DNA of 64,000 bases from Raillietiella orientalis. Lineage: Eukaryota. The DNA is taken from contig JAYWIR010000035.1 in assembly GCA_036172245.1 (NCBI GenBank), positions 372,001 through 436,000 on the forward strand, read 5' to 3'. The position numbers and the translations under genes were made by a program. The notes below the pieces were generated by a model. That model was not told the origin of the DNA and ran no database searches. It worked only from the letters and a program-made list of their open reading frames with translations. Positions 61,904 to 64,000 of this stretch are shown here, in pieces; position 1 is the first letter of the stretch, and every line of letters starts with the position of its first letter.

Positions 61904-64000
61904 GTAATTTTTTTCAATTCAGATTAGTATTAGTAGATCATAGTTACTGTGTACTTGTGTGAACGTTTTATAATCGCAAAGAGTCGGAAGTTCTTCTGAA
62001 TCATTCTCAGTGACTCAATCTGCGCTTTCCCGCTTGCAAAACCTCTAAATAACTGATGACGGTCAGAAATCTGCTTTTCAAAAAAAGAAAAATCAGGTCT
62101 CCTTACGCGAGAGTGAAGTGTGACGGAAAGGGGAGAAATTCGTCTGCCGATCAAATTTCCATGGTAATGTCTTTGAACGTAGCACCTCGACAAGGAATCG
62201 CATCCCCTTGTGGGTGAGGCATTAGAGAAATACGGATGTGGAAGAAGCAGCAGCAGCAGAAAAGAGCAAGCATTTAGGTGAGATCTGAGATTACCGGTTA
62301 GCCCACAAGGAATCAGGTGGATTTCGGCAGGCTCAAACGGATGGGAATGGTGAAAATGACGTAGCCTCAAGTCTTTTGTGAAGATGTATTGAGAATCATC
62401 GTACAAGAGTGAACTGCTTTTTTTAATTATAAATGAGCACCAGCGTGCTCTGGCATCGCAACAGGCATTTCAGTGTTTTCTTGAAAATGAAATCCAGCAG
62501 AAATCCATTCAGAAAATGCTTTGCTCGAGTGGACAGTGTTTATTCAGCACGTGACTATGCTTGAAATCAAACGAGTAACGTTACTGCAATGGCATCTGCT
62601 ACTAAATTCACAAGGGTTGACGTCCACTAAAATGGCGAAAATCGAAGGCTGTGATGTCGCAATCTGCATCTCGGATTTGATTTACATTACTCGATTGCGA
62701 CTGAGCTGACCACCGTCGGTATCTACGTAATTTAAGAAGTCGTTGTGATCCACTCTTCGCTTCTTTTTCTCTTTTTAAACGACACTTGGTGCTGTCTTGA
62801 AAGCCAATCCTATGTCTATTCTTTAACTTACAACCCGATTTGTCATCCCTTAGAACATTCCAGCCGATGAAATTATCGGAAAAGTGCAGCGCGAAACGGA
62901 CAATACATAGAAAGAAGAGCATGGGCAAACTTTCAAACCAAGTGGTTTTTTCAAACGCAGCTGAGTAGGCTGTTTTGAACGGCTTTCTGTACAGTACTGT
63001 TCCCTGGACGCATACCCTGTGGCACCACGTGATCACGTCGTATTGGTAATCCGTTCTTCTGCAAGCTCCTTGCATTGTTCCTCTTCGGAATGGACCTCTC
63101 CTCTCCTGACCCTCTTGAGCAGAAAGCTCGCAGAATGTCAAATGTGTCGTTCGTAACCTGGCAGGGATGCTTGAAATTCTGCTCCTCACTTCTATCACAC
63201 AACTCTCCTTCAAAAGCTCGCCTTCAGCTGTCTCGAAGAGTGAACGCTGAAGGGTTTTCTTTTGTAACAGCGAAGCTGGGATGGAAATCCAACCACTCAT
63301 TTTGCATCGGAATCTGGAGAACTGGCGCGGTTCTTTCATTTACGTACTGATCAAGAAACATCATGCTGAAACAAGGTTAAAACACCAGAAGTACTGTGTC
63401 TAGCAATGACTGCAAGAGACCAGAGACCCTCACAGAGGAATTTCGAGTTTTCATGCCTTTTTTGCTTTGAAGATGACCATCTTAACCAATCGAGGTCACC
63501 AACACTGGAAACCAATAATTGCCAGAATGAAAAATAAAAATGGAGATGACCTGCTGGAAATCGTGATGTATGATGTTCTAAATTGCAAAGAAAAAAAAAA
63601 ATCCAGCATTTCCAATTATTTGTGTATTCACAAGAATGGTTTTTGTTGGCATAAAATGATGAGAGTCTGTAATCAGCAGTTCTTGAGAACACAAACAGAA
63701 CTTCTCTTCCTACTTGTTTCCGCGTTTCATAAATGAATTCAAACATCATCATTGCTGGAAAGTTTTGTCTGCTTTATTTGCATTAAGCCTTCCTCGAACT
63801 TCTTTCTGCTATTCAAGAGTGCATTCGATTTGGGATGCTGCACCGGAGCTTCACACTGATGATGAATGCAATGAAAAAAGGTGAAGTTGAATCGGATCTC
63901 CAGTCAACGAATCGTCAGCTTGAGGATCCTTTCGGAAAAATTCGTGCAATCCGATAGACAAAAATGAAACAATTTTTTAACATGCAGAGCTAACTCTGGT

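Noticed and set aside
62608..63339. 243-aa minus-strand ORF
   Set aside because: Non-ATG start, no recognisable domain, and located in the presumed SLCO intron; treated as a chance ORF.
1..64000. CRISPR arrays, rRNA genes or prokaryotic defence systems
   Set aside because: The sequence is clearly eukaryotic (spliceosomal introns); no repeat-spacer array or rRNA sequence is present, and the Argonaute is an ordinary miRNA-class eukaryotic protein.

Overview
Eukaryotic (arthropod-like) genomic DNA. The left two-thirds (about 4-42 kb) is AT-rich and CpG-poor and holds a compact cluster of housekeeping genes broken by many 40-51 nt introns: TSEN2 (+), a miRNA-class Argonaute (AGO1, -), TMF1 (+), PICK1 (-), and a METTL23/ACBD6 pair (-). 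The right third is more GC/CpG-rich and holds a decayed LINE, a tRNA-Arg(ACG), a possible orphan exon and the first coding exon of an Oatp74D/ecdysone-importer-like SLCO gene. Decayed R2-superfamily (NeSL/Utopia-like) retrotransposon 3' ends occur at about 2-3.6 kb and 36.6-37 kb, and possibly at 47.8 kb. The most unusual feature is the METTL23 stop codon overlapping the ACBD6 start codon (ATGA) with no intergenic space, an operon-like arrangement. A correctly phased A_AAU_UUU slippery heptamer and a splice-acceptor-like site lie just upstream of the junction. Gene identities come from recognised protein motifs only; no database searches were run.
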